From Vitrella brassicaformis CCMP3155 (taxonomy: Eukaryota; Protista; Chromerida): a stretch of DNA of 64,000 nucleotides. The stretch is taken from assembly GCA_001179505.1 (NCBI GenBank), contig CDMY01000354.1, forward strand, positions 40,651 through 104,650, read 5' to 3'. Positions 35,880 to 50,700 of this stretch are shown one piece after another; position 1 is the first letter of the stretch, and each line of letters starts with the position of its first letter. Under the pieces are notes generated by a model. It was given only the letters and a program-made list of their open reading frames with translations, searched no databases and had not been told where the DNA came from. The translations under genes and the position numbers were made by a program.

Positions 35880-38800
35880 CACGAAGGGAAGACAACTCGA
35901 GACCTCCCCTTGTTTGTGTTTTGTGTGTGAGAGACCTTGTTGGTGACGGCGAAGACATGGATGACGGGCATGAGTGGGTGCAGTTCCTTGGGCTTGGAAT
36001 CGACGAGCTGCCCCTCGGACCCCGACTTGCCGTCCTCCCACGCACAGCCCTCCAGGTACAGCCCGTTGATGTACACGCCCTCCTCGGGGCCCGACGACAC
36101 CTCGTCCGCTGTCTTCATCGACGTCACCGTCCATCTACACACACACAAATGGATGTGCAGGTGCACAAAAATGGGTGGGTGATAGGGGGAGTGGCCAGCT
36201 GTTTTGTCTACAGTGTCTGTCACCCAGGCACCGACCTGAGCGTCATGTCGTCGAGTGGGAGTCCGTTCTTTCTGGCCGTCACCTGGGTCACGGCCGTCAG
36301 GAACGACATCGGGTTGAACAGGCCTGCCACAAAGAGAGAGAGAGACACACACACTCACTCACATGAGACCTCCCTCCCTGGGTGTGAAAGTGACACGAGA
36401 AAGGATCACCTGAGACCCACAGTGACGGCAGGAGGTCGAGAGCGTCGGTCCACGCCACCAGCTGCTTGACGCGCTCCAGGAGGTCGTTGAACCTTCGTAT
36501 CACTCAACACAGACTCGATACATGATCAAGACGGCCTGTGCCTAGCCCACCATGGGACGAGACTCTTCTTTGAGAAGTAGGCCTTCTTCTCCCAGGTCCC
36601 CGGGACTCTGTTGATGACGAGGCTGTTGGACAACTGCTCCATCGCCTCGCTGATGTTGAGCGCGCCCGCCAGACCCAGCTGCAGCTCCGTCAAGCTGAAC
36701 CGGATCTCGCCCAGCAACTCTGTAGATGGAAACGGACTTTCAGATAATGCTGGGGTGCGATACTGCCGCCCTCGTGTGTTTCTTTATCTGGTCAGGAGCT
36801 GACCGTTCATGCGCTCGGCCTCCTGCAGGGAAACGACAATGTACGGCGTGAGTTCCTTGACCTTGCTCTTGATCTCGACGATGTCGAAGTTGTTGGGCAG
36901 CCGCCCCAGGAAGTCCTCAATCACGCCCTTGACGATGTCCTCCTTCTTGGTCCCGCCGCCCCCACCGCCACTCCCGCCAGACACGCCCTGAATGGTGTCG
37001 AAGATCATCTCACTCTGCTGAGTCAGGTAGCCGATCTCGGCATTCGGGTGAAGGCCGAAGATCTGATGGATGCGGAGAGGAGAGAGGAGACATGGACAGT
37101 GCGGAGGGCCTTGGAGGGTGTGTGTGTCTTGTCTACCGGTGGGGACTCGAGAGGGAGCTTCTCTTCGATGTATTTGGCGTATCCGGCGTAGTCGAGTTTG
37201 GTCGAGTCGGGAGACTTGAAGTTGGGCCCTGACAAATGCGACCAATGTGGTGTATCCATGCGTCCATGCGTCTGGTGTGGGGGGTGTGTACCGAGATTGA
37301 ATGTGCCAGAGAAGAGCTCCGGGACGATCAGTGTCTCGAGGTAGGTGTTGTTGGTGCGGCGATCCCAGGCGTCGGTGATGTGGCCGCCGTACATGATCTC
37401 GCCGAAAATGTAACGGATGTCCTCATACGGCACCTGGTCATACCTGCGAACACACAGATCGACAGCAGAGACACATCCCATGAACGACTCGAGCTGCCTC
37501 TCTCCCCATCTCTCTCTATCTGTATGACTTTTCAAGGTAGTTTCTGAGCACATCTCCGCAGATGGTGAGGTCGCCATCGTTGAACTGGTATGGCCGCGAC
37601 CAGCCCCAAGTGCCGAACTTCTTGCGTCCCAAAATGAGGGAGTGGAAGAAGCACAGGGCGAACAGCATCGCCTTGAACTCCTTGGGCTTCGACACCGTCT
37701 CGAGTTGGGACTGAACAGACACAAAATGGCAGCATAGGTGTGCGTGTGCATCAGGCAGGGATGCTGGATGGCGCCCTTACTGGTGTGAATTTGGAGAACG
37801 CTCTTCGGAGGTTGGCCTTGAGGTCCTGCGGTGCCTCGTCGGCTATCTTGATGCACTTCTGGAGGATGCTCTCTGGGATGATCTTCATGTCGGACATGGC
37901 GGGGGGCTCTGACGAAACGATGCACCTGAACTCTGGCACACAGTATTCCGTCACCAGCTCCAGGGACCGCTCGAAACTCTGACCACACAAGAGAAGGAGA
38001 CACATACAAATGACATCACCCGCGCAGGCCATTGATGTGCTCATCACCTTCAGCCATGACTGCATGAGGTGGACGTTCTGTAGCATGACCCAGCCCCCCT
38101 CCTTGGCGGCCTTCTCGAGCGCATGCACGGCCACCTTCTCCTGCCCCTGGCCCATACTGATGTTGACGAACTTGCCGTTGGCCTCGGTGCAGCCGACCGA
38201 CTTGGCTGTCTTCTCGACAGCCGGGGTGGGGTCCACACCGGGGAAGAGCACGAAAAACATGGGGGTGTAGCAGTCGGTCTCCTTGTACGTGGCCTCGATG
38301 TCGAAAGGCTGCTGCTCGATGTAGTGGGCGCCCATGGCCTGGTACACGAACTCCTTCAGAGCAGACATCAGGCGGTCCGGCCGGAGGGCCCGCAGGAGGA
38401 GTAACCTGTGGAAGTCTCCCAGGCCTCGGAAGGAGCGGGGCAGCTCCGTCACCTCTGCCTTCTCCTCTGAGTACCACCTGGCACAGACAAACAGACAAGC
38501 GCGTGCATGGAGAGGAAAGGTGAATATCCTGTCCATGTGCGTGGTGCGTGCTGACTTTCTCCATCCGAGCGAGTCTTGCTCGAGGTTCTGGAGCAGTGCG
38601 GCGTTGTTGTTCTTGAAAGCGGACAGCTGCTCGAGGGTCTTGCAGCACCCCCACATGCCCTCGGTCATCCAGGTCTTGCAGTTCTCGGGCATGGGAGGGG
38701 CGCTCGGGTCGGGCTTGTTCTGGACCAGCATCGTCACCTCCAGCTCGTCTACCTTGCCCTGCCGCACAAGAATCCTGAACGTCAGCATTGTCGCGATGAT

Positions 38801-41800
38801 CAACTTGTGACGCTCGAATGATCCTATTGACGAGACACAGACGGCAATCCATATGTTGTTGTCAGCTTTGCTGATCAGTCACCTCTTCTGCAGTAGGAGA
38901 AGACGAATTTGGTGATGACGTCCAGGAGGGTATCGACTCGTGCCGACAGCTCCTTCCCAGTGAGCTCAACCACCTCTTCCTCAGGCGGAGGCGGCTGAAG
39001 TGCCGAGAGCCAATACATGACAACAAATGTGACCGCACCCCTGCGTGAACTTTCGGTTTTTGTTCCCTCACTCTCTCTCTCACCGGGGACGAGCTGCTCG
39101 CTCTCGGCGCTTCCTCTTCTTCCTGTTGCTCGGCAGGCGCCTCAGCTTCGCCCTCAGGCTTCTCTCCCTCCTCGTCACCCTTTTCGCCCTCCTCCTTGGC
39201 GCCTTCTCCCGCACCCTCCCCGCCCTCACCCTCGCCCTCGCCCTCCTTCTGTTCCTCCTCTTCCGCTTTGGGCGCTTCGGCGGCTTTTGGCGGCTCCTTA
39301 GGCTCTTCGGGTGCGGCAGGGATGGGCTGTGGCGATGCGGCACGGCTGGCCTCGGTGTCTGGCTCCTTCTTCTTGATGAGGGCGACCGAGTCGATGGCGC
39401 GGTTGACCACCACAACAAAGGCCTCCAGAGAATACATGTAGAACGAATGCATCTTGAACAACTCGCCTGATGACAGAGACAGGCAATGGTGCCGTGATAT
39501 ATGTATGCAGCGGCTCTCTTTGCTTACCGAGAAGGAAGAAGAGGAGCGAGCCTCTGGCAGCGGCAGGGCGATAGTTCTCGGACGCTTCGTTGATCTTCTG
39601 CTCGGTCTCCTTTGCGATGGCGACCTTCTCGGCGACCTCCACAGAGATGCGCTTGGTGGTCTCGAGATTCTCAATCAGCTCAACGTCCTCCAATATGTCA
39701 CCCTGACAAGCAAGGCATGAACGCGTGATCGATGTGCATGAAGGGTTTGGCAATCGTACTTGTGCGTTGGTGAGCTTCTCGAGCAGCGATGCCTCTAGCT
39801 CAGCGAGTTTGATTTTGAATTCATTCTGCTGCTGGATGAGCTCAACCTTCTGCCTGGCCAGATCGGGCCGCTCCTTCTTGACCACAAGCGCCAGCAGCTG
39901 GTCCTCCAGACCCTGTTCCGTCACCGTGAAGTTGATGATCGTCGTCTCTGCCTGTATCTCTGGCGGGTAGTGAGGGTTCGAGAGTTTGGTGTGGAGGAAG
40001 AGCTTGAAGTCGGGCGAGTAGGCGATTTCCTTGTCGCCCAGCTTGATGTACTTGGACCTCCCTCTCTTGATGGTCTGTCTGCCCACCACCGGCGCGAGCA
40101 CGGCGTCAATGGTCTCGTCCATGTTTTCGATGAGGACGCTCTCGCCCTGGTCGAGAGCGCGCTCCATGGTCTGGATCATCTTGGGGTTGCCCATGCGGGT
40201 GACCTGCAGCTTGTGGTCCTTCTCCTTCTCCTTGATCCACGTGACGCCCTGCAGCTGCGGGTCGATGATCAAAGACCAACGCTCGCTGTTGGTCATTATC
40301 GCGCCGTTCTCAACAGACACCTGCACCAATGAGAGAGAGACATCGTGTCTCTCTTTCCTGCGTGTCGCTGTTGTGTGTGTTGGCTGGGCACATAACATAC
40401 CCTGTCTGATGGCAGTCCCTGTGTGTTCCATCTGGCCACTTCGGCGTCGTCAGTGAGGACGCTCAGCGGGTTGGGCGACTCCCCAAGAGGGATGTTCTTG
40501 TCCTTCAGGAACCCAAGGAACTTGACGTTTATCAGGTCGTCGCGGTACCTGACCATACACACAGAGAGAGGCACACATTGCGTACCTACCATTCCAGCAC
40601 AGAGCTATGGCTTCGCTGACTTCTTTGTGAAGACGCCGACATAAGAGACGAAGGCGCTGGCAAGAAGGACCTCGCCAGCCATCACGTGCAGCTGCGCAAG
40701 CAACACACACACAGGCACATCAGCAATGATGACAAAGACAAAGACGAGCACAACCTCATCGATGGTGTGTCTGTACCTGGTTTGTCAGGTTCTCGATGGA
40801 CGCCTGCCACCGGACGTTCTCGCTGCCGAGAGCATTCACGAGTCGCTGTGCGAGGCTCAGCTTCCGCTCGCACTTCTCGGCCTCGGCCACCACCGCGTTC
40901 TTCTCGGCAATGGCGGCATCATACTCCGACACCAGCTTGGCGAGTTTGGCCTCCAGGTCAGCTACGAGCGCCTGCACGTCTGCGAGTTTGGCGTTGGCGG
41001 CCGCGAGTTTGTCGGTGGCCTCCTTGAGTGCGTTTCTCTTGGGTTCGACCTCCTTCACGACGGAGTAGTACATGTAGATGTTGATGACCCAGTCGGCCAG
41101 ACCGGCGGCTGCCTTGGACTTCTTGAGAATGGCCTCCTTGTTGAAGTGCTCCAGCTTCAGCAATGGCTCCACCGCCTGAATGAATAAAGGAGACACACAC
41201 AACGGGGTTGCATTCACAAGCGACTTTTCTCTGTGCTGTGTGTGGTTTGACCTTGAAGTTCTGTTCTGGGACTCTCTGGTCGTCGATGACCTGTTTGAAC
41301 TCCTTAAGGTTCTGCATGAACTTCTCGGGGTTGTTCATCATCTTCTGCGCCGACTTCCACGACTTGTCCTTGACGCGACCCTGCTTGTCAACATCCACCG
41401 TGGGGTCGATGGTCGCCATCAGGTGCATCACGGCGGCAGTGATGTCGTCCACACCCGCTGGCGGCTTGCTCAAGGCCTTGGCCTCTTGGAAATCCTTCTT
41501 GTCCAACGTGTCAAGAGCCGCCTCAGCCTGATCAGACAGCAGACAGACGAGCACCTGATAGTACACATGGTCCCAATGGCGAGCGATTTACCTGTTCGAC
41601 AAGGGGAATGGCCTTTGCGAGGTCGGCTTCGCAGCTGGCCTGCTGCTCCGAGACGTCCTTCTGGATCTGCGCGCATGTCTCTGCCTCGACGTTGGCCTTG
41701 TCGCTCTCGGCGGTGACCTTCTCCTTCTCCCTTCCAACCTCCTCGGCGAATGCGTCGGCCGCGACCTTCTTCTCCTCCACGACAACCTGCTTCTCCTTGA

Positions 41801-43337
41801 GGTCGGCCTCGAGCCCCGTCACCTTCTCCTGCGTGTCGCGCAGCTTGTCCAGACCATTGCTCAGACGCTCCTTGCGGCCCTCCACTATCTGTGTGCATTC
41901 ACATCAAAAAAGGAGAGATGATACTTGTCATATCTCCCGCTCTCACCTGTATGTTCTTGTTGAGCATGGACGTGTAGAGCTTGATGAGCTCCAGGAAGGA
42001 CTTGGGCGTCGAGTAGGCGTACCGCTTGTCGACCTCGAGGTAGGTCTGGGCCGCGGAGTTGACCTGATAGAAGGAGAACGGCATGAACTCGATGATGCCG
42101 TCCCGCACGGCGGGGTTCTCGCCGAGCGGCAGGGGCTCGAGGAACTTCTTGGCCACCGACCAGAGGGCCTCCTTGGGCCACGGCTGGAACCAATCGATCA
42201 CCGTGCAGTTGACCAACGCCGGGAACTTGCGCGCACGCCCTCTGCAAACCACACACGCACCATCAGCAACATCGGGGTGTGTGTGGACGGCTTGCGTGAG
42301 TGACCTGAGTGAGTCGCCGACGGGCGAGAAGCAGAGTGCCATGTGTAGGTTCTTCTTGATGCGGCCGATGAAGAAGTTCCAGCAATTCTCGCGGGTGTCC
42401 GTCAGACCGGCAGACTTTGTGGCTACACAACGCAATGCCCACATATGCACATGTGTCTCCCCCCTCCCTCCCTCCCGCCCTCCCACTGCTCACCGGATCG
42501 CACAGCATTGACGATTTGGTCTTTGTCTTCGTTAGCGTACAGGTCAGCGATGTCGCCGCTGCTGAGCAGATCGTTGATGTAGACCAGGAACTTGGGGTTG
42601 GTGATCTGGCTCTCGTTGAAGAGGAAGAGGACGCCCTCATCCTTGATGCCGGCCTTCTGGTACATGGCCTGCAGGTCCGTCTTGAGGTCCGAGATGCCGT
42701 AGGTTGAGGAGATGGTGATCTGGCTGGTGGTGTAGGACGAGATGAAAGAGGCCAGCCGTGAGAGGGACTGCTTGCCGCTGCCGCCCACGCCCACCAGCAG
42801 GGCGTGGCCGCTAGACGAACTGATGATGCGGTTGATGCGGCACACCTGCACACACACAGGGAGAGAGATCAACCATGTGTGTTTGTATCTGTCGATGTAT
42901 GTGTCTATTCGTCTGACGTGTTTCATGGCGTCTTCGAAGAGCACCAGGTCCATGGCCGCGTTGGTGTCATTGTACTCCTTCAGCCCCTCCTGCAGCAGCT
43001 TGCTCAGGTCGTCTATCGTGGCAACCTTGTCATAACCTGACAGACAGACAGACAGACAGACACAAACCACATCCACACCATGAGCGCACAGGGCTGCTCC
43101 CACCCCCACACACAAACACGCACATTGTTCCTGCAGCCCCTTTGCGAAGTGGCAGAAGACGAGCGGCTCGGGGTTCTTCTCGGCAAAGTACTTGCCGAAG
43201 TTGAACTTGGGGAACATCTTCTTGGAGAAGTCGGCGGCGATGGCGCGGTACTTGACCAAGTCCTCCACCGAGACCAGCCGGTCGCCGTACGTCCGCTCGC
43301 TTTCGTGGATCCACAACAGCACCAGCTTCTCAGGATC

Positions 43338-43373
<36 letters not shown>

Positions 43374-46300
43374 GGGGAGAAGGAGTGACGGGCATCTGGC
43401 AAATGGTGAGCATGGCATGGCGTGCCTGGAACTGTGCTGGCTGTGCGGTGAGAAGCCCCCCGAAGACGTTGGTAAGGTGCCTGATGTTGAACTCGTAGTG
43501 GAAGTTGGCCGCCGTCTTGCGGAAGGTGGACACCACACTGGCGTGCACGCTCAGGCCCGCCTTGATGATGACGCTCGTCTGCTCCTGCACGGGCTGCCTG
43601 AAACCCTTCTTCTCGAAGTGGCCCTTCATGAATGTGTTGAAGATGGTGAACAGGGCGGCCTGCTCGGGGAACGGCACGGCGAGGGTCCAGAAGTGCCGCT
43701 GCAGCCTTGGGTTGATGTAGAAGGAGCCGGCCGTGGGGTTCATGGCCGCGAGGTACTGGGTGTTGCCGATGTCCTTCAGAGCCATCTTGGTGCGGTCGTA
43801 CCAGTGCTCGTAGTCTGACACACACACAGACAGAGAGAGCGACACAGGAAGTTTGGCTGATTATATGAGAGGGCATTTGTGTTGTGTGAGGTGCTGACCA
43901 GCGTGTTGTCTGAGTAGGGCAATAGCCGACTGAGTGTTGTAGGGGTCGAGCTGCGGCATGTTGAGGTCATCAACGAAGTATATCAGACGCAGCCTGACAG
44001 GCAAACACATGGGCAAGAGAGTACCAGCGGGCGATGTGTGTGTCTGTGTCTGTGTGTTTGTGCCTGTACTGACTTTCCGGGCGGTGCGTATCTTCTGCCG
44101 GCCTTCTTCTCCAGTGGCTGCTCCATCATCAGCTGCACACACACAGAGCAAGCACACACCAGACAGATGCATAGGCACGCCGCGTGGTGTGTGGGCAGAC
44201 CTGCAGGAGGGCTGAGTCGGTGTAGAAGTTAAAGTTGATGGCGAAGGAGGTCATGTGCTCGGGGTCCAAAGCGCCAAGCAGCCCCTTAATCAGCTGCGTC
44301 TTGCCGCAACCCGCCAAGCCTATCAGCATCACCGGCGCATGCACCTGCACACACACGGACGACCATTAAGCATATTCAGCAGCGGTGGGTGAGTGGGATG
44401 ACGTGTGACCTTGACGAAGGCGTTCATGAAGTATGTCATGGCGACGGTCTCGGTGGTGGGGACGGTGACGGCATTGATGGGTGTGTCGGAGTCGTACTCG
44501 ATCTCCTTGACCAAATTGCCCCACTCCTCCAGCTTAGACTGACATCACAATGACATCCGACAACCAGCCACACCCACACACCACCTTGATGCGCCAGTGT
44601 ACATGATGGCTCATTACTTGGTCGACATAGTAGTCGAATACAGTTCCCTTGGATGGGAATTTGATGACTTTCCATTCGTTCCTCCACCAGTTGCTGAAGC
44701 TCTTGCGGTAGTCGACGCCATCCTTCTCGGCCAGGCACCCGCCGCACGCCCACACCATGCAGAACACAAACCAGTACTCCAACGCCTCCGGGGCTGGACC
44801 CAGCAACGACTCCAGCTACCAACGACACCACAAGAGATGGTGAATGTACATTTGCGTGTGTGTTTTCCTTGCGTAGCGTACCATGTAGCAGAGCGACATC
44901 ATCATGGAAATGTCGACAAGCGGCACCTGGACCTTGCAGCTGCGCCGCACGTACTTGAGCGTCTCGGGCCCGTACTTCTCAAACAGCTTCGAGAGCTGCG
45001 TCTTGGTCTCCTCGGGCCACTGCTGCCTCTGCAGCCAGCTGGTGACGTACGACCGCCACTGTGTGCCCTTGGCGTCGCTGATGTAGATGATGCCGGCACG
45101 GGAGACGGTGGCGGGGGTGGCGAAGTTGAGGTCGCGGATCTCGAAGATCATCCTCATGTGGGGCTTCAGGGGGATGCGCTCGTTGGAGGCGAGGGTGAGG
45201 ATCTTGTTGTCGTCCATCACACTGTTCATCGACTCGATCCAATTCGCATCCAAATCACCTGCACACAAGGGACGGACGCATAGGCGTGTTCTGTCTCTGT
45301 GCGTGGGGTTGGCATACCATCGAGGATGATCCACTTGGGGTTGGTGTCCGGGATGGTCCCCAGCGACCGCATCGTCTTGGAGAGCAGCCCATCCTTCCAC
45401 TCGCGCGTGGCCATGTTGACGCACCCATACAGTTCGTCAGACGTGATCGACTTGGGGTTGATGTCCACCCAAGTCGTCTTCTTGCCCGCGTTGTCCTGGC
45501 TCTTGCCCAGCATCTTCCACACAGACGACTTGCCCGCCCCGGCAGCCCCCATGACAAAGACGCAGTGGCGGATCTGCAGCAGCTCCTCCAGCTGGATGAT
45601 CTTAAGGACGAAGTCCGGCTCTGGGTTGAGGCCCGACTCGACACACGTCTTCTCCACGACGGCCTCGAACTCCATGTTTCTCTGCCGGGGCGGGTCGACG
45701 CCCGGAAAGAGATCCGTCAAGAGGCCGGTGAAGATGACCAGATCGTCTGCGACGATCTTGGCGATGTTGGTATCGCGCAGCGCCCTCATCAGCAGGGCCT
45801 GCTCCGCAAGGTCGGGCTCCGCACGTTTGAAGGCGCCGGCCACCACCAACACGGACCTGGAAAAAAGTGAAAAAGAATGACGTATGTGTGTGTTGGTGTG
45901 TGGGGTCTGTCGGCTGACTTGATGGCTCTGAGACCCCAATCGTAGTGCTGTGCCTTCGAGAGCAGGTCCCGGCTGAGGGCATAGAGGCGGGTGAACTTGC
46001 GCGCCAGAGACTTGGCCTCGACGAAGCCCTCAGCCATGAGCATGTTCTCGCAAATGAGCTCCATATCGGGCACCATCACCTACAGCACGCACCAGAGCAA
46101 CCAGCATCCATGAGGGCATAAAGGAGCGAGACATGGGCGCGACGGCTTACAGTGATTGGTCTGAAGAGCGCCTTGAGACCCTCGGGCAACTCAGAGCGAC
46201 CCAAGTAGCCGGGGTTCATCTGCAGAAGGAGAGAAGTCTTTGTGATGGCCGACTATGCTAATCTGCGTTTCTTCCATACGGTGATGAATGCTCCACATGT

Positions 46301-47668
46301 GGGGTCGAGGGCAATCTCATCACCCTGCAGCACGAACCGCTTGGCCTTGGCCTTGATGGCGTCGATGACGGCCTTGAACTGCACCGAGCACACCGACAGC
46401 ACCTCGGGCACCAGACGATTGAACTCATCGAAGCAGCCCCACGAACCAGACGCCGCCAGGCCCTGCAGAGAGACACAGGGAGGTGTGGATGGTCAGCCCA
46501 GTGCTGTTTTGTTGCTTCTTCTTGCCTTGAAGATGTTGCCCATGGATTGGTAGTCCATCTGGTCGGAGCAGTTGAACACATACACAGCCTTGCCCATCGC
46601 CGACGCCAAATCCTTGGTGCTACGTCGACCAACACAACAGACACATACACTCATCCATCCGTCCACCCCTGTCTGTCGGCGCTTTCGTACGTCTCTGTTT
46701 TGCCGGTTCCTGCGGGCCCTGCGGGTGCGCATCCCATACACAGGTGGAGAGCTTGTGTGGCCGTCACGTAGATGCGATCCGTGAGTGGCGTGACGACCAG
46801 CCGCGGCCCGTTGCCGAGGTACTCGTAGCCGTACCAGAAGGCAGCATCAGCAATCGTGATGCGCATGTCGTCCTCACCTGCAGCCCGCAATCGTGACACA
46901 GCAAGACATTCTCTCTCTGTCTGCGGATGTGTGAGGGTGAATGCCTACCTACCTGTGTTCCAGTGGAATTTGAGCTGGCTCTGCCACTGGAATGACTCAG
47001 CTTTGGTGACGCCCTCGTCGAGGATCTTCTGGATGATGTCGCGGCCGTGAGTGTCCATCGTGATCAAACACATCACCTAGGATGGTGAACAGACACAGTG
47101 AGACAGAGACAGAGACAGATGGGATGCGCACGAATAGAGAGAAAGTTTGTTTGTAGGTAACCGATTTACTCGTCCTGAGTTACCTACCTTTCTGCGCATG
47201 GGTTTGGTGAGTTCTCCCTGGACCATTTTGATGAGCCCCGTGAGCTCCTCCACCTGTCGATCGAAACACTTCTGGATCGCCTGACGGCTACCTGCATCCA
47301 ATGCACACACTCTCCCAGACACATGCGTACGTGTGTGTGTACGGCTGTCTCTGCCCACCGGTGGAGTGCTTCTCGAAAGCCTCTTCAACGTAGTGCACCC
47401 AGGCGGACATGTTGGTCATGAGTGTGATCTGTGCCACGGGGTCTTCGAGTATCCAAGAGGTGCGGTCCTTGCCGCTCCAGTGGTCCTTGATCGAGTCCTT
47501 GGCGTAGTGCTTGAGCGACGAACGCATCAGGCCGATGCAGTCGTCCAGGTACTTCTCAACCTTGCCCGTCAGCTGCATCGGCTTCGGGAACTTGACGAAC
47601 TCCTTGCCGACACACGTGTCCATCCCTACAACACACATACAACCCGCTTATGGGCATGGATGGCTCGA

Positions 47669-47702
<34 letters not shown>

Positions 47703-50700
47703 TACTGACCGAGTGCTGCTGGCCTGACTCCCTCCTCAGGTTTGTCCAGCTCGAGAGTCTCGATGGCCTGGAAGACCTTGGGCATGTGCACCATCACCTT
47801 GGCCGGCGAGTTGCCGTTAGACAGGATATCGAGCAAATCGGCCGTCGACACGAAGTAGAATCTGGGGAACGCGCGTCGCTTGCTGTCCATGAAGTCGTTG
47901 AGGGCCTTCTCGCACACTGTCAAATCCTCCTGCACCGTCTCGAGTCGCTTGAAGATGCCCTCCTCGTTGCAGAAGTCCTTGATGGACTTGACCTCAGACC
48001 CCCGCTTCAGCAGCTCCTTGACGCTCACGTCGATGCCCACAAAGCGCTCGCTCTCCTGCGGCAGCTCCCTCTTGACTTCTTCTGAGTGGATGAACAAGTT
48101 CTCGAGGAAGGACCATGACCGCTGCACCTCTGCCAGCAGCTGGGTGACCTCAGCCACGTTGGCCAGCGCCTTCTGCCAGTAGACCACCTCGGTCTCGAAG
48201 GTGGCCAGAAAGCGGGAGGCGAACATGTTCTGCACTTGGACCTGGTTGTCTTCGAGCATCTCGAAGCTCTCCTCGCCGATCTTGAGAATCTTGATGTCCG
48301 TGTCTTTGTGCTGCGTCTCCTCAAACACAACCTGAACCAAAACAGGAAGGGAAGCCAGCTGGCCTTGCTCTGCTGCGGATTGCGTGGTGTGTCTGTGCGT
48401 GTGCACATACCGCGGCCCAGTTCTCTGTGATCTTCTTGAGCGCCTTCTCCATCTTGGCCTCCTGCTTGGCCTGGTCGGTGATCTCTTCAACAGGCTCCTG
48501 GAACTTCCACAGCTCGAGGTTGTTGATGTCCCGCAGCAGCATGTCGTCCGTGACGGTCATGGTCTTGCCCACCAGCTTCATGAGGGCCGCCCAGTGCCGC
48601 TTGCGCATGGCGGGGTCGCGCAGCTCGCCGATGAGGGGCACCAGCACCAGCCACTTCTTGATCATGTCGAAGATGCCGGCGTAGGCGTCGATCTTCTTGT
48701 CCATCTTGATCTCCTTGAGCTTCTTCTGCATGTTCTTGACCTCCTCCTCCATCTCGGACGCCTGGATCATGCCCCAAGGTGTCTCAGTGAACTCCTCAAA
48801 CTGCTGCAGACACTTCTCGATAAACTGCCACAGTCGACGGCTCGTCTCAAGATCGGCTCGCATCTGCATCACACACACACACACACATGAAAGCAACGGA
48901 TACCCCCCAATGCAGAAGTCGTCTGTGCGTGTTGTTTCGCTGACCCCTTGGAGAATGCCCTCAGAGGCCTTGACCTCCTCGGGGTAGTCGAAACTTTGTG
49001 CCAGGTGGCTCAACTCCTGAACAGCACAGACATGACAGACAGACAGACAGACAGACAAGCACTGAATGTCGGTGTGGGTTGTGCCCAGCCCACCATCCCC
49101 TCCACTGACCGCCAGGTGTGCGTCGTGGTCGTTGAGTGACTCCTCGAACTCGTCGATTCGTTTGAGCGACCCCTCGACGCCCGTCTTGTAGAAGTAGAAG
49201 GACTCGGCCTTCATCGACTGCTGGGTCTGCTGCAGCTCGGTCTGAAACTGTGCGATCTTCTGACGCGTCTTCTCCGCCTCCTGAGCCACGTTGGACGCTA
49301 TCTCCTTCTCACGCTTCTTGGCCGAACCCCTGCATGAAACAAGAAGCGGGTCTGTCGTCAGTCCTCTCCCTCTCTCTGTGTGTGTTACTTGAGGCTTTCG
49401 ATCTTCTCTGAGAGCGCCGTCACCTTCTTGAGGTTGCTGTCGGCGGGGAGGCCCTCCTTGTCAAGCTCATGCAGTGTCTCCTCCAGCACGTCCAGCTCAG
49501 TCCTGAGCGCGTCGGCCTGCTTCTCCATTTCACGGATGTGCGACCGCACCTTGATGAGGTTCTTGGTGTCGCCCTCCTTGACAGAGGCCTTGATGCCCGC
49601 CTCAGTGCTCTTCTGGAAGGTGTCCAGCTCACCAAGCGCCTTGGCCACGAAGGCGCCCACCACAGGGCCGGCCATCTCGTTGGCTCTGTTCTTGGCCTTC
49701 TCCACGAAGGTGGCCTCGAAAGGCGAGCCGCGGATGGCTCTGAGCTTCTCTTCCTCGTCAACGTAGAAGACCTTTATCGTCACCTCGCCCGCTGCGGGGG
49801 CCGTGTATCTGACAATGTACTTGCCGGTGTCTGGGTCCTCGAACTTGTGCTCCAGATTCTGAGCCTGCATGAATGAATGTCACAGATGATTCATGTGTGG
49901 ATTGGATGTGTGTGGACGTGACGTCTCATGTGGTGGGCTGGTTAGGAACGCACCTCGTCCTGGTCTGGCAGCTTCTGCGTAATGCGGACAGTGAACTTGT
50001 CGCCGCCCGACTTTCTGTTCTCACCCTTCTCGTTCCGCGCCTGGATAACAAACATGGTCTCGACGCCCATTTGAAGCTCCTGCGAGAGCCGTCATCAATC
50101 GTGGCAAAAGACACCAGCAGCCATGGTCATGTGCATGTGCACCTACGTGTCAGTCTCACCTCGAGCAAGCCAGGTCCGAAAGCGAGTGACTTCTCGGCCA
50201 CGGTGTTCATGAAGTAGTCGAAGGTCGTGAAGGTTGTGGTGAAGTCCTTGTTGCCTATCTGCACGCGGACCTCGCACGTCTTGTGGCCTACATCAACAGG
50301 CGGCAAAGGCGTGTCGCCCTCACGCTCATGTGGCCAGCCAGCCTACCGATGGTGTGTTTGACGTTCGGCGTCTCGCATGTGATTTCCTTTGACGACACGA
50401 AGGTGGCCGGCACGTCGATGGTGTGCTTGTGGTGGATGAAGCGCACCACTATAACGCCATCAATGAAACCAATGCCCTCAATCGTCACCTTCGTCATGCC
50501 TACACAGGCGAATGTGTGTGCACTCACACACATATGCATGTAAGAGCATCGGGTTTGCTGACCTGTTACCGGCCCCAGTGCAGGCTTGATGGATGTGACA
50601 GCATAGGGAGGCCCGACAATCGCACCCACGTTCAACGCCCACGCATCATCAAGCCACTTGTTAGCCCTGAAAGAAAAAAGAAAAGAGGCCCGCAGCTCAG

